A stretch of DNA of 64,000 nucleotides from Leptospirales bacterium (GTDB lineage Bacteria > Spirochaetota > Leptospiria > Turneriellales > JAOUFE01): positions 16,990-80,989 of the forward strand of contig JBEQLE010000007.1 of assembly GCA_040326155.1 (NCBI GenBank). The letters are read 5' to 3'. The notes beneath the pieces were generated by a model that saw only the letters and a list, made by a program, of their open reading frames with translations, had not been told where the DNA came from and searched no databases. Made by a program: the position numbers and the translations under genes. Positions 9,605 to 18,995 of this stretch are shown here, piece after piece. How positions within the stretch are numbered: position 1 is the first letter of the stretch; the number at the start of each line of letters is the position of its first letter.

Positions 9605-9936
9605 TATTTTAGAAATAATGAGATTATATCATCAGGCAATTCACCGATATCGAAAACTTTATTGAGCATGGTAACGTTAAACAGTTCCTGAAGTTGCGGA
9701 GTATCGATTATTAATTTTAAATCTCCGCCATTTTCTGATAATGTTCTTTTATAAGATACCAGTATTCCCAGCGCAGAGCTGCACAAATTTTCCACTTTAC
9801 GCATATCGACTACAGCCTTGTATTCTTTTATTTCATAGAGGCCATGTAGTGCATGTTCAAGTTCGTCAGTTTCATTTTGCGTTATATTTCCAACTGGTTC
9901 AATGACGTGTACCCCTGAAACATTTTCTATATTCAT
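9604..9936 (-). CDS. STAS-domain anti-sigma-factor antagonist
   Basis: VVDMRKVENLCSSALG phospho-Ser motif, 110 aa. Confidence 0.85.
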   Translation of the reverse strand: MNIENVSGVHVIEPVGNITQNETDELEHALHGLYEIKEYKAVVDMRKVENLCSSALGILVSYKRTLSENGGDLKLIIDTPQLQELFNVTMLNKVFDIGELPDDIISLFLK

Positions 9937-10047
9937 TATATATTCCCCACTTTAGCCTTTGGTAAGTCAACGTCTGCCAATCAAAACTAGTCTGTCAATG
10001 ATAAACCCAGTCGAAATAAAAAAACCGAAAAGAGCTGACCGCTTCTA

Positions 10048-11226
10048 TTAAATGAAATCTTGCAATACTTTTCCCATTATGCGAATCCCCTTTTCAATGG
10101 TTTCTTCATCAACACAGGAATAATTCAACCGTAACGTATTTACATTGGTCTTATTTATATAAAAAGGGTCGCCAGGTACAAACGCTATCTTTTCAGCCAC
10201 GGCTTTATGAAAAAGGTCGATCGCAGAAATATGAGCAGGCAAACTCACCCAAAGAAACATTCCCCCTTCGGGTTGCGTAAACTGAACAGAGTCGGGAAAA
10301 TATTTACGAATAGCTTGGACCATAGAGTCCCTTTGTTTTCCATACGATTCGGTAATTTTACGTATATGAGCATCAATATCAGCGTCTTCCAGAAAATGAC
10401 ATATGACCTTCTGGCAAAAATAATTTGTATGTAAATCGGATGCCTGTTTTGCAATAATTAATTTTTCGATGAGGCTTTCATCTGCAACTAACCACCCTAT
10501 TCGAAAAGAGGGAACGATGGTTTTTGAAAATGAACCCAATAAAACCGTATTTTTCGGCATAAACGTGAAAAAAGACTTTTTAGCCGAACCTTTAAAGCGC
10601 AAATCGCCATAAGGGTTATCTTCAATTAGAATTGTATCTGTATTTCCGATAATATTTGCAACTTGTTCCCGGTTTTCATCAGTATATGTAATGCCGGATG
10701 GATTCTGAAAATTCGGTACTGTATAACAAAGTTTTACTCTGTTATTTTCAATAACCTGCTTCAAGACCTCTAAATTCATACCGTTTTCATTCACAGGCAC
10801 CGGATGAAAACGCGGTCTATACAGAGAAAAAGCCTGAATAGCCCCAAGGTATCCGGGTTCTTCAATGATCAAATTATCATTTTCGTTGAGAATTGTTTTA
10901 CCGAGAAGGTCTAAACCCTGCTGGGAACCAGTCGTTATAATAATATTCTCCGGTGTAATATCTATATTCTGGTTCTTCGAATACCTTTCAACGATCCATT
11001 TTCTTAAACCGAGATCACCCTCTGATGTATTATACTGAAGAGCGTCACGACCTTCATTTTCAAATACCTTTAAAGTAGCCTTTTTCAGCTCCTCGACCGG
11101 AAACAATTTTCTATTCGGCAAACCCCCGGCAAAAGAGATGATATCTTTTTCATTTGTAACCTTTAGAATTTCCCGTATAAAAGATTTCGGTACATCTGTT
11201 ATTCGATCAGAAAAAATACTTCCCAT
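10048..11226 (-). CDS. PLP-dependent class I aminotransferase (LysN/ARO8-like)
   Basis: ISFAGGLP, NFQNPSG, EDNPY, GSFSK, PEGGMFLW. Confidence 0.92.
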   Translation of the reverse strand: MGSIFSDRITDVPKSFIREILKVTNEKDIISFAGGLPNRKLFPVEELKKATLKVFENEGRDALQYNTSEGDLGLRKWIVERYSKNQNIDITPENIIITTGSQQGLDLLGKTILNENDNLIIEEPGYLGAIQAFSLYRPRFHPVPVNENGMNLEVLKQVIENNRVKLCYTVPNFQNPSGITYTDENREQVANIIGNTDTILIEDNPYGDLRFKGSAKKSFFTFMPKNTVLLGSFSKTIVPSFRIGWLVADESLIEKLIIAKQASDLHTNYFCQKVICHFLEDADIDAHIRKITESYGKQRDSMVQAIRKYFPDSVQFTQPEGGMFLWVSLPAHISAIDLFHKAVAEKIAFVPGDPFYINKTNVNTLRLNYSCVDEETIEKGIRIMGKVLQDFI

Positions 11227-11292
11227 AAAGGTAAAAAATATCGTGGCGATATCTTGTCATTGCCTATTTTAGAGTTTTACTGCCACAAATAT

Positions 11293-11529
11293 TTATTTTA
11301 TTTTCACTATATATATAAATTTATCATCCTGCTTCGAAGTCTCCATTATTTTATTTCCGGTTCTGCGAGACCACGCAGGCATATCTTTTTCGGAACCTGG
11401 GTCGGTAGCTATGACCTTCAAGATATTCCCTTTTTTTAAAGTTTTTGCCATCTGTGCCGTCTTAACCACCGGAAGCGGGCAGTTCATTCCCGAACAATCC
11501 AGCTCTTGCGTTACTTTTATTTCACTCAT
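11293..11529 (-). CDS. tusA: TusA/SirA-family sulfurtransferase
   Basis: LDCSGMNCPLPVV and ATDPGS motifs. Confidence 0.88.
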   Translation of the reverse strand: MSEIKVTQELDCSGMNCPLPVVKTAQMAKTLKKGNILKVIATDPGSEKDMPAWSRRTGNKIMETSKQDDKFIYIVKIK

Positions 11530-11636
11530 AATTTCTATTACTATATTTTACCCGGCTGTCAACAATTTTAAACGGAAACACCGCATACTTCGGTCGCGCA
11601 CAACACCAAGAGAATACCTCGAAGCGGTCGAAAATA

Positions 11637-11735
11637 AACCACGTTTTTTTTCGAAATAAACTTCAAACTATAATCGAACGAAGCAACACAAAAAAACCGA
11701 AGGATTTTTTTGTGCAATAAAGATTGCCTGATCTT
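11637..11735 (+). repeat. Dispersed intergenic repeat, copy C
   Basis: Aligns with 4652-4756, including the hairpin cacaaaaaaa-ccgaagga-tttttttgtg. Confidence 0.85.
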
Positions 11736-11776
11736 TTTACAATTGACAATGAAGCTCGAATTAGAAGATCTAATGT

Positions 11777-13075
11777 ATGAATAACTTGCACCCCTCGGAC
11801 TTTCATGTGGAGACACTCGGCAAGCCGACTATTTTGTCTCCGATCAAGATGAATGATTATATTGGTGAGGACGAAAAAATACTTTTTGATATAAACCCCG
11901 AAACAATCGAAGAGTGTAAAAAAAACGGTAAAGGGGTAATTACTCTGGAACGCAGCGGGCCTCGGGAGAAGATTTTTTTTGACCCGAAAAATTCCAAGGC
12001 GGCAATTGTAACATGCGGGGGGTTGTGTCCTGGAATTAATAATGTAATTCGTTCTGTCTCGCTGGAGCTGCTTTTTCAATATGAGATTAAATCTGTTACG
12101 GGGTACCAATATGGGTTTAAAGGAATTGCAGATGAGAGAATTGAGACCATAGATCTCAACTCGAACACCCTTGCCGGTATTTCAGAAAGAGGAGGGTCTA
12201 TTCTTTCCTCTTCGCGCGGACCCCAGGATGTTGTTAAAATGGTCGACCGCCTCGAAAAAGACAATATAAATCTTCTTTTTGTAATCGGGGGAGACGGGAC
12301 GTTACGAGGTGGCGCCGATCTAACCCGCGAAATCAAAAAGAGAAAAGTGAACATTGGTATTATTGGAATTCCAAAAACCATTGATAACGACCTCAGCTTT
12401 ATTTCAAAATCGTTTGGTTTTGAAACTGCCTATTCAAAAGCAGTGGAAACAATTCAGGCTGTGCACACGGAGAGTCTGGGAGCTTATAATTGTATCGGTA
12501 TTGTCAAAGTGATGGGGCGTCACTCGGGAGCCATCGCTTGCCACGCCAGTATCGCCTCTCTCGACGTGAACTTCTGTCTTATTCCCGAGGTTCCTTTTAG
12601 CCTGGATGATCCGGGTGGTTTTCTACCCGCTCTGAAAAACCGTATTTTGACAACAGGCCACGCTGTTATCGTCATCGCCGAGGGCGCCGCCCGTGAACAT
12701 ATTCCGGACACGGGACGCACCGACGCTTCGGGTAACATTCGTCTCGGTGACTCTGGCACCTGGCTTAAAGAACTCATAGAAAATTATATGTCTACAGAAA
12801 ATGTTATGTCGAATGTAAAATACATTGACCCGAGTTATCTACTTCGGGCGATTCCCGCTGACCCGAACGACGCCCTGTATTGCACCTTGCTTGGTCAATA
12901 CGCAGTTCATGCGGCCATGTCCGGTAGAACCAACATGGTAATTGGGCAATGGAACCACTACTTTATTAATCTACCTATTGAGATTGTTACTCGCGAGAGA
13001 AAAATGGTAAACACAAACGGCTCTATCTGGAAAGCCGTACTCGAAAGCACCGGTCAAAATATTACGCCTCTATAA
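11777..13075 (+). CDS. pfkA: ATP-dependent 6-phosphofructokinase (group X type)
   Basis: TCGGLCPG, GGDGT (Gly indicates ATP use), PKTIDND, MGRHSG, YIDPSY. Confidence 0.92.
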   Translation: MNNLHPSDFHVETLGKPTILSPIKMNDYIGEDEKILFDINPETIEECKKNGKGVITLERSGPREKIFFDPKNSKAAIVTCGGLCPGINNVIRSVSLELLFQYEIKSVTGYQYGFKGIADERIETIDLNSNTLAGISERGGSILSSSRGPQDVVKMVDRLEKDNINLLFVIGGDGTLRGGADLTREIKKRKVNIGIIGIPKTIDNDLSFISKSFGFETAYSKAVETIQAVHTESLGAYNCIGIVKVMGRHSGAIACHASIASLDVNFCLIPEVPFSLDDPGGFLPALKNRILTTGHAVIVIAEGAAREHIPDTGRTDASGNIRLGDSGTWLKELIENYMSTENVMSNVKYIDPSYLLRAIPADPNDALYCTLLGQYAVHAAMSGRTNMVIGQWNHYFINLPIEIVTRERKMVNTNGSIWKAVLESTGQNITPL

Positions 13076-13108
13076 TTGCAAAGTACTGTATGGATTTTGT
13101 ATATGTAG

Positions 13109-13128
13109 AGGGGGCGATCTCGCCCCCT
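13109..13128. terminator. GC hairpin between convergent pfk and clpA (possible terminator or REP-like element)
   Basis: agggggcga-tc-tcgccccct, flanked by direct repeat tatgtagag. Confidence 0.5.
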
Positions 13129-13312
13129 TGTATGTAGAGTTTATTTTACTTCGCTGTCTTTGCCTTTTTTCTATCGCATTGCGATGTTTTAACTGGCAAT
13201 CCTCTTAAAAAAAAGCAGAGATGCGAGTGTTGCATATTTGAAATATTATCATAGGCACCTCTTATATTGTTATAATAATCGTATATTTCGGTTTCGGCAA
13301 TATATTATTCAT

Positions 13313-15544
13313 TTAATATTGAATTACCAGTTTACCAGCTTCTACCGTGACTTTCATCGATCCGCCGTTTTGTAATTTTCCAAACAGAATTTCATCGACG
13401 ACAGGGGTTTTAATTTCTTCCTGAATCAACCTTTCAACCGGACGAGCCCCGCTTGCCGGGTCATAACCTTTTTTTGCAAGATACTCAACCACCGAGTCGG
13501 TCATTTCCACTCTAATTTTTTTCTTCTCCATCTCACTCTTAAAAATATTTATATTTTTTGTAACGATCTTCTTCATCAAACGAGAATCTAAATGAGAAAA
13601 AATTACAATTCTGTCCAGGCGATTTAAAAACTCCGGACTAAAAAAAGTTTTAATCTCTCGGGTCGGGTCGCCGCCCATTTTCAAATCTTCCGAAAATCCT
13701 ATTTTTAAAGAACTTAACGCCCGCGAACCAGCGTTAGACGTCATTATTATGATTAAATTACTGAAATCTGCCGACCTTCCGGTCGTATCGGTAACTCTCG
13801 CCGAATCCATCGCTTGTAGCAACGTATTAAATATATCGGGATGGGCCTTTTCTATTTCATCGAGCAACAATACACAATGGGGATGTTTGCGAACCGAATC
13901 GGTTAATAGCGCCCCCTGGTCATAACCCACATAGCCCGGTGGGGACCCAAGAAAACGAGCCACGGAATGTTTTTCCGAATACTCCGACATGTCAAACCGG
14001 ACCAAAGGAATATTCATCTGTTCAGAAAGAGCCTTACTCAAGGCAGTTTTGCCAACGCCGGTTGGTCCCGCAAAAAGAAAACTGCCAACAGGTTTTTCCG
14101 CATTCGATAAACCAGCCATATGCCTCTTTATGGATACCGTTAATGCATGTATTGCCTTTTCCTGACCGAAAATAACTTCACCCAACCGTGTTTCCAGACT
14201 TGCAAGAGCGGCGCGTTCATTTTTTTCACCTTTGCCGGCCGGAACCCTGGCTATTCTCGAAACCAGCTTTCTAATATCACCTTCGGAAACTGTTCTTTTC
14301 ATGGGTCTGTAAATAGCCTGAGAAGCCCCTGCCTCATCCATTAAATCAATAGCTTTGTCGGGCAGGCGCCGATCGGGCAAATACCTCTGTGAAAGTTCAG
14401 CGCAACCTCGTATGGCCGGGCCGCTGTAATGCACCTCATGATATTGTTCATATCTGTGTTTTAGCCCTTTTAAAATCTCAACCGTATCTTCCACCGAAGG
14501 TTCCGGTATATCGACCTTTTGAAATCTACGCGCGAGAGCCCGATCTTTTTCGAGATACTGGCGAAATTCCTCAATGGTTGTTGCGCCAATGCATTGTACT
14601 TCGCCTGTTGTTAAAAACGGCTTAAGAATATTCGAAGCGTCCATACTGCCGCCCGAAACCGACCCCGCTCCGACAATGGTATGTATTTCGTCTATAAACA
14701 GTATTACATTTTGCTCTTTAATGACACTTTCGAGAACAGCTTTTAACCGTTTTTCAAAATCGCCTCTGTATTTTGTTCCAGCCAGCAAAAGACCCATGTC
14801 AAGAGAAAGCACTCTTTTACCTTTCAATTTATCAGGAACATCCCCGCGTGAAATTTTTGCGGCCAACCCCTGGGTAATCGCAGTTTTCCCTACGCCGGGG
14901 TCTCCCACATGAACGGGATTATTTTTTTTACGTCTGCATAATACTTCAATGGTTCGTTTCAACTCCGGGTCACGACCAATCAGTTCATCAAAACGACCCT
15001 GCGATGCCATCTCAGTAAAATCTGACGTGTATTTTTCTAGAGCATTCGACCGGGAAGAATTGTCATCGGAACGATCATCTTCATATTCTTCACTTCCTTC
15101 GTCCATCTGTTCAGATGAAAATCCATGAGAGATGTAATCAAGAAGACCCAGCCGTTCAACGCCTGACTTCTCTAAAAAGTACTTCGCCTCAAGTTCTTCT
15201 TCAGCGAAAATCGACACAAGAATGTCCCCAATCTTTACCTCTTGTTTTTCGGCACTTTGTAAATGTATAATTGCCCTTTGTAATATTCTCTGAAAAGTAA
15301 CTGTCTGTGCCGGACCATCTGCCGAACCAAAACTACCGTTATACTCTTCCAGGGTTTCAAGGTATTCCAGGGTATCTTTCTTCAAAGCTTCGAGATCGCC
15401 ACCCGCATGCTCCAATATAACCGCGCCCGCATCGCTCAATGTAATGGCATAAAGTAAATGCTCTGCGGTGAGAAACAAATGGTTTCGATTTTGAGCTTCG
15501 TTGTAAGCTTCGGACAATACCTTTTCAAGATCTCTATGAATCAT
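13313..15544 (-). CDS. clpA: ATP-dependent Clp protease ATP-binding subunit ClpA
   Basis: Two AAA modules (GDPGVGKT, GPTGVGKT), FIDEIH, LLDEIEKAH; follows clpS; start trimmed to MIHRDLEK. Confidence 0.93.
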   Translation of the reverse strand: MIHRDLEKVLSEAYNEAQNRNHLFLTAEHLLYAITLSDAGAVILEHAGGDLEALKKDTLEYLETLEEYNGSFGSADGPAQTVTFQRILQRAIIHLQSAEKQEVKIGDILVSIFAEEELEAKYFLEKSGVERLGLLDYISHGFSSEQMDEGSEEYEDDRSDDNSSRSNALEKYTSDFTEMASQGRFDELIGRDPELKRTIEVLCRRKKNNPVHVGDPGVGKTAITQGLAAKISRGDVPDKLKGKRVLSLDMGLLLAGTKYRGDFEKRLKAVLESVIKEQNVILFIDEIHTIVGAGSVSGGSMDASNILKPFLTTGEVQCIGATTIEEFRQYLEKDRALARRFQKVDIPEPSVEDTVEILKGLKHRYEQYHEVHYSGPAIRGCAELSQRYLPDRRLPDKAIDLMDEAGASQAIYRPMKRTVSEGDIRKLVSRIARVPAGKGEKNERAALASLETRLGEVIFGQEKAIHALTVSIKRHMAGLSNAEKPVGSFLFAGPTGVGKTALSKALSEQMNIPLVRFDMSEYSEKHSVARFLGSPPGYVGYDQGALLTDSVRKHPHCVLLLDEIEKAHPDIFNTLLQAMDSARVTDTTGRSADFSNLIIIMTSNAGSRALSSLKIGFSEDLKMGGDPTREIKTFFSPEFLNRLDRIVIFSHLDSRLMKKIVTKNINIFKSEMEKKKIRVEMTDSVVEYLAKKGYDPASGARPVERLIQEEIKTPVVDEILFGKLQNGGSMKVTVEAGKLVIQY

Positions 15545-15546
15545 AA

Positions 15547-15855
15547 TTACTCTTTTTCCATCGTACACAAAAGCGGAAAACCCGCGTCCTGCGCATTTTG
15601 CATTGTGATGTCAACTTTCGTCTCTGCAATCTCTTTACTGTAAACTCCCGCAATTCCAATTCCATTTTTATGAACATCATGCATAATTCTTATAGCTTCT
15701 TCCTGGTTTTTTTGAAAAATTTCTACCAACACCTGAACAACAAATTCCATTGTCGTATAATCATCATTATGTAATATTACTTTGTATTTGGAAGGTATTT
15801 TAACTTCAACTCTTCTCTTAACGGCAACATCACCTGAAATGTCCTCTTCACCCAT
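15547..15855 (-). CDS. clpS: Clp protease adaptor ClpS
   Basis: YKVILHNDDYTTMEFVV, GFPL. Confidence 0.96.
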   Translation of the reverse strand: MGEEDISGDVAVKRRVEVKIPSKYKVILHNDDYTTMEFVVQVLVEIFQKNQEEAIRIMHDVHKNGIGIAGVYSKEIAETKVDITMQNAQDAGFPLLCTMEKE

Positions 15856-15869
15856 AAAATACCCCTCGT

Positions 15870-16247
15870 TTACGGAAAATAGGAAGCATGGTTATTTGGA
15901 CCTTCCCATACTCTAACTTCATAAATGAAAGATCCCTCAGCAATGGAATTCCCCAGTTTATCGAAAAAGTGCCGGGCCAGATTTTCCGCCGTCGGATTTA
16001 TCTCTTTAAATGGTGCTACCGCATTAATACATTTGTGGTCCAACTCTCCGGTTAAAACATCGAGTTTTTTTTGTACTTTTACAAAATCAACGCCAATTCC
16101 ATTTTCCAGTGTGACACTGCGTATAAAAATTTCAACTTTATAGGAGTGACCATGCAACGATTCGTTTTTACCCGGACCGTGGTAATCATACAGATAATGA
16201 GCACTCTCAAAAGTTCCGTGAATTCGTATTTGATATTTTCCAGCCAT
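15870..16247 (-). CDS. 6-pyruvoyltetrahydropterin synthase-family protein, PTPS-III (ExxHGH) type
   Basis: FESAH, NESLHGHSY, LDH, NPTAENLA, VWE; no Cys in the active-site motif. Confidence 0.8.
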   Translation of the reverse strand: MAGKYQIRIHGTFESAHYLYDYHGPGKNESLHGHSYKVEIFIRSVTLENGIGVDFVKVQKKLDVLTGELDHKCINAVAPFKEINPTAENLARHFFDKLGNSIAEGSFIYEVRVWEGPNNHASYFP

Positions 16248-16248
16248 A

Positions 16249-18012
16249 TTACATTTTTTCCGGAGCCGAAACGCCAAGTAAATCTAAACCGTCTTGTAGA
16301 ACCATTTTAGTCCATTGGCATATGCGCAACAAAAATTTTCCTTCTTCCGGATTTTCTTTCAATTTATCCAGAATTCTATTCTCTTTATCATGATAATAAC
16401 CGGTAAAAAGACTTGCCGTTTCATATAAATAATCTGTTAAAATATGAACCTCAAAAGAGCGCGAAATATCACCCACAACTTCAAAATACCGCCACAAGTG
16501 AAGTAACAGTTTTTCCCGAACAGGACTTAACATTTCATGCGAATCTTGCCCCATTTCGAATAAAACCGGTTTTTCAATATCGACATTGGCTTCGCGAAAA
16601 ATGGAATTAATTCTAGCGTAAGCATACTGAATATAATAAACCGGATTCTTATTTGATTGTGTCATTGCCAGGTCAATGTCAAAATCGAGATGAGAAGTTT
16701 GCGAGCGCATTAAAAAGAAGTACCGAACCACATCGACCGGCAATTGAACCAGAAGGTCTTTCATGGTATGAAACTTTCCCAGACGCTTACTCATAACTAC
16801 CGGAACGCCATCTTCAATCATATTTACCTGTTGCACTATAATTACGCCAAAAGTTTCCCGCGCTTTTTCACCAAAACCCATTGCTGTAATGGCCCCGCTT
16901 AACCTTGCTATATACCCATGGTGATCGGGTCCCCAGATATCGTATATTTGTTCAAACCCACGGTCTATTTTACTTTTATGATAGGCAATATCGGCCAATA
17001 AGTAGGTAGGTCGTCCGTCGCTTCGCACGACAACCCTGTCCTTATCGTCCCCGTACTTTGTACTTTTAAAAAGAGATGCCCCTTCTTGTTCATACAACAC
17101 CCCTTTTTCTTCCAGAAAAGTTCGGGCTTCTTCGACCTGGCCCCCCTCATGTAGAGTTTTCTCCGAAAAAAAGGTGTCAAATTCCACACCAAAAGATTTC
17201 AGATCAGCCTCATGAGTGGAGCGAATTTTTTCAATAGCCAGGGGACCAAAATAATCACCCAGCGCCTGTAGGTATTTTGCCCACTGCTCGTTTTCTATAG
17301 AACACTCTTTTACATCTGTCGGCGTATTTGCCAAAACTTCTGGAAGTCCGGTTTCTTTTACAATTTCAGAGCGCAATTCTTCAATATACCCTCCCTGGTA
17401 ACAATCATCCGGTAGGGTAACCGAAGCCCCCAGTGCTTGTAAATGGCGGTACCCAAAAGAGAGGCCCAGAAGTCGCACCTGGTTGCCATAATCGTTTACA
17501 TAATATTCCCTTGTCACCCGATAACCTGTTTTCTTTAAAACTCTACAGATACAGTCACCCACAGCCGCAGATCTTGCTGAAACAATATTTAACGGCCCCG
17601 TAGGGTTTGCCGATACAAACTCAAAATTTACTTTTTCTTTCGCTTCTTCCTTATATAAGAGTTTTTCTAACGCTTCGGGCTCATATTCTTGTAATAATTT
17701 AAAATGAAGTTGGTGAGAGAGGAAAAAGTTCAAAAATCCAGGTCCCTCAATTTTAATATCCCGAAAAAGTTCTTTTATTTCTTTATTTTCACCTAACTGC
17801 TCCAGAATAGATTCTGCTATTTTTCGCGGATTATCTTTAAATACTTTCGCAAGCTCCATCGCTATCGGGGTGGCGTAGTGACCCATCTGTGTATTGGGAG
17901 GATATTCAACTTTTACCGGTTGCTCAGAAACCGTAATATTTCTTGACAAGGCAAGATTTTTTATAGTCTTAGAGAGTAGGTTTGCCAGCTGATCTTTTAT
18001 AGTAGATTGCAT
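16249..18012 (-). CDS. argS: Arginine--tRNA ligase
   Basis: EFVSANPTGP, EYYVNDYGNQ, WGPDHHGY, MSKR, NPVYYIQYAYAR, GVSAPEKM. Confidence 0.96.
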   Translation of the reverse strand: MQSTIKDQLANLLSKTIKNLALSRNITVSEQPVKVEYPPNTQMGHYATPIAMELAKVFKDNPRKIAESILEQLGENKEIKELFRDIKIEGPGFLNFFLSHQLHFKLLQEYEPEALEKLLYKEEAKEKVNFEFVSANPTGPLNIVSARSAAVGDCICRVLKKTGYRVTREYYVNDYGNQVRLLGLSFGYRHLQALGASVTLPDDCYQGGYIEELRSEIVKETGLPEVLANTPTDVKECSIENEQWAKYLQALGDYFGPLAIEKIRSTHEADLKSFGVEFDTFFSEKTLHEGGQVEEARTFLEEKGVLYEQEGASLFKSTKYGDDKDRVVVRSDGRPTYLLADIAYHKSKIDRGFEQIYDIWGPDHHGYIARLSGAITAMGFGEKARETFGVIIVQQVNMIEDGVPVVMSKRLGKFHTMKDLLVQLPVDVVRYFFLMRSQTSHLDFDIDLAMTQSNKNPVYYIQYAYARINSIFREANVDIEKPVLFEMGQDSHEMLSPVREKLLLHLWRYFEVVGDISRSFEVHILTDYLYETASLFTGYYHDKENRILDKLKENPEEGKFLLRICQWTKMVLQDGLDLLGVSAPEKM

Positions 18013-18068
18013 AAGAACGAGAAAGAGGCCAAAGACCGGATGTCAACAAACATTAAACTGAAAATATC

Positions 18069-18995
18069 ATGAGCACAAATTATACAAAAATCGAATCGTT
18101 GAAAGATATAGACCTGAGTAAGATAAATCTGGGTAATATCAACGATCGTTATATTGATGAGAGTGGAAACCGTTTTGCCACACGATTTAATATACGATCC
18201 AGGAAAATTCAAATTGTTCGTATTGCGCTTGGCCAAGACGAAGCAATGAATTCAAAAGGTCGTATAATAAAAGATCTCGTTAAAAAAAGAATCGGAAACG
18301 ACGATGAAGAAGAAGAAGAACCGCTCGGTCCCTTGGCCTCCCCTACTGCCGACAGTGTGGAAGAACCAGTTAGTGAAGAAAAAATCAACGAAATTCAAGT
18401 ACAACACCCTGATATACCAAAATGGATATTTACCGCAGACATCCCCATCAATGAAGAAGTCGATATTGGTACCCTGCTCGTGACTTTAAATGAACATGTT
18501 AAAACCGAATCGGAACGGTTGTTTGGCATTATTGGAAATATGAAAAATGCAGGTCTTTTAGACCAGTCAGATAAAACAAGCGGCGACCCCTTACTCGAAT
18601 TGACGAATATTTACGACAAACAGATCTCTCCTGCCTATGAAGAGACCCAGGCCAAGCTGGAGGAAATTACAAAATACCCCAAAGAAATACATGACTATGA
18701 AACTTTAATAGAACATAAACATGTAAGTAAACTGGCAAACCTGCAACCACATGAACAGTGGGATTTCGTTAAAGCTTATATTGTCGGTAACCAATACCTT
18801 GTAGGGCTGGAAGCTACAGTACAGTTTTTAGAAACCTGCTCTGAAAAACTCGGTCAGGCCAATGAAGAAGCATTAGAAGGAACGCAAATTCGCGCCTTTG
18901 AAGACGCCAAGGTTTCTGTCAGCTTTGTAAAAGATACGACGGAACGAACAATTGGAGATATGATTGGCTGGCAAATTCAAACGGGAGTGTATTAG
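18069..18995 (+). CDS. Hypothetical protein (resembles spirochaete-specific proteins); acidic linker and helical C-terminus
   Basis: 308-aa ORF divergent from argS. Confidence 0.7.
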   Translation: MSTNYTKIESLKDIDLSKINLGNINDRYIDESGNRFATRFNIRSRKIQIVRIALGQDEAMNSKGRIIKDLVKKRIGNDDEEEEEPLGPLASPTADSVEEPVSEEKINEIQVQHPDIPKWIFTADIPINEEVDIGTLLVTLNEHVKTESERLFGIIGNMKNAGLLDQSDKTSGDPLLELTNIYDKQISPAYEETQAKLEEITKYPKEIHDYETLIEHKHVSKLANLQPHEQWDFVKAYIVGNQYLVGLEATVQFLETCSEKLGQANEEALEGTQIRAFEDAKVSVSFVKDTTERTIGDMIGWQIQTGVY

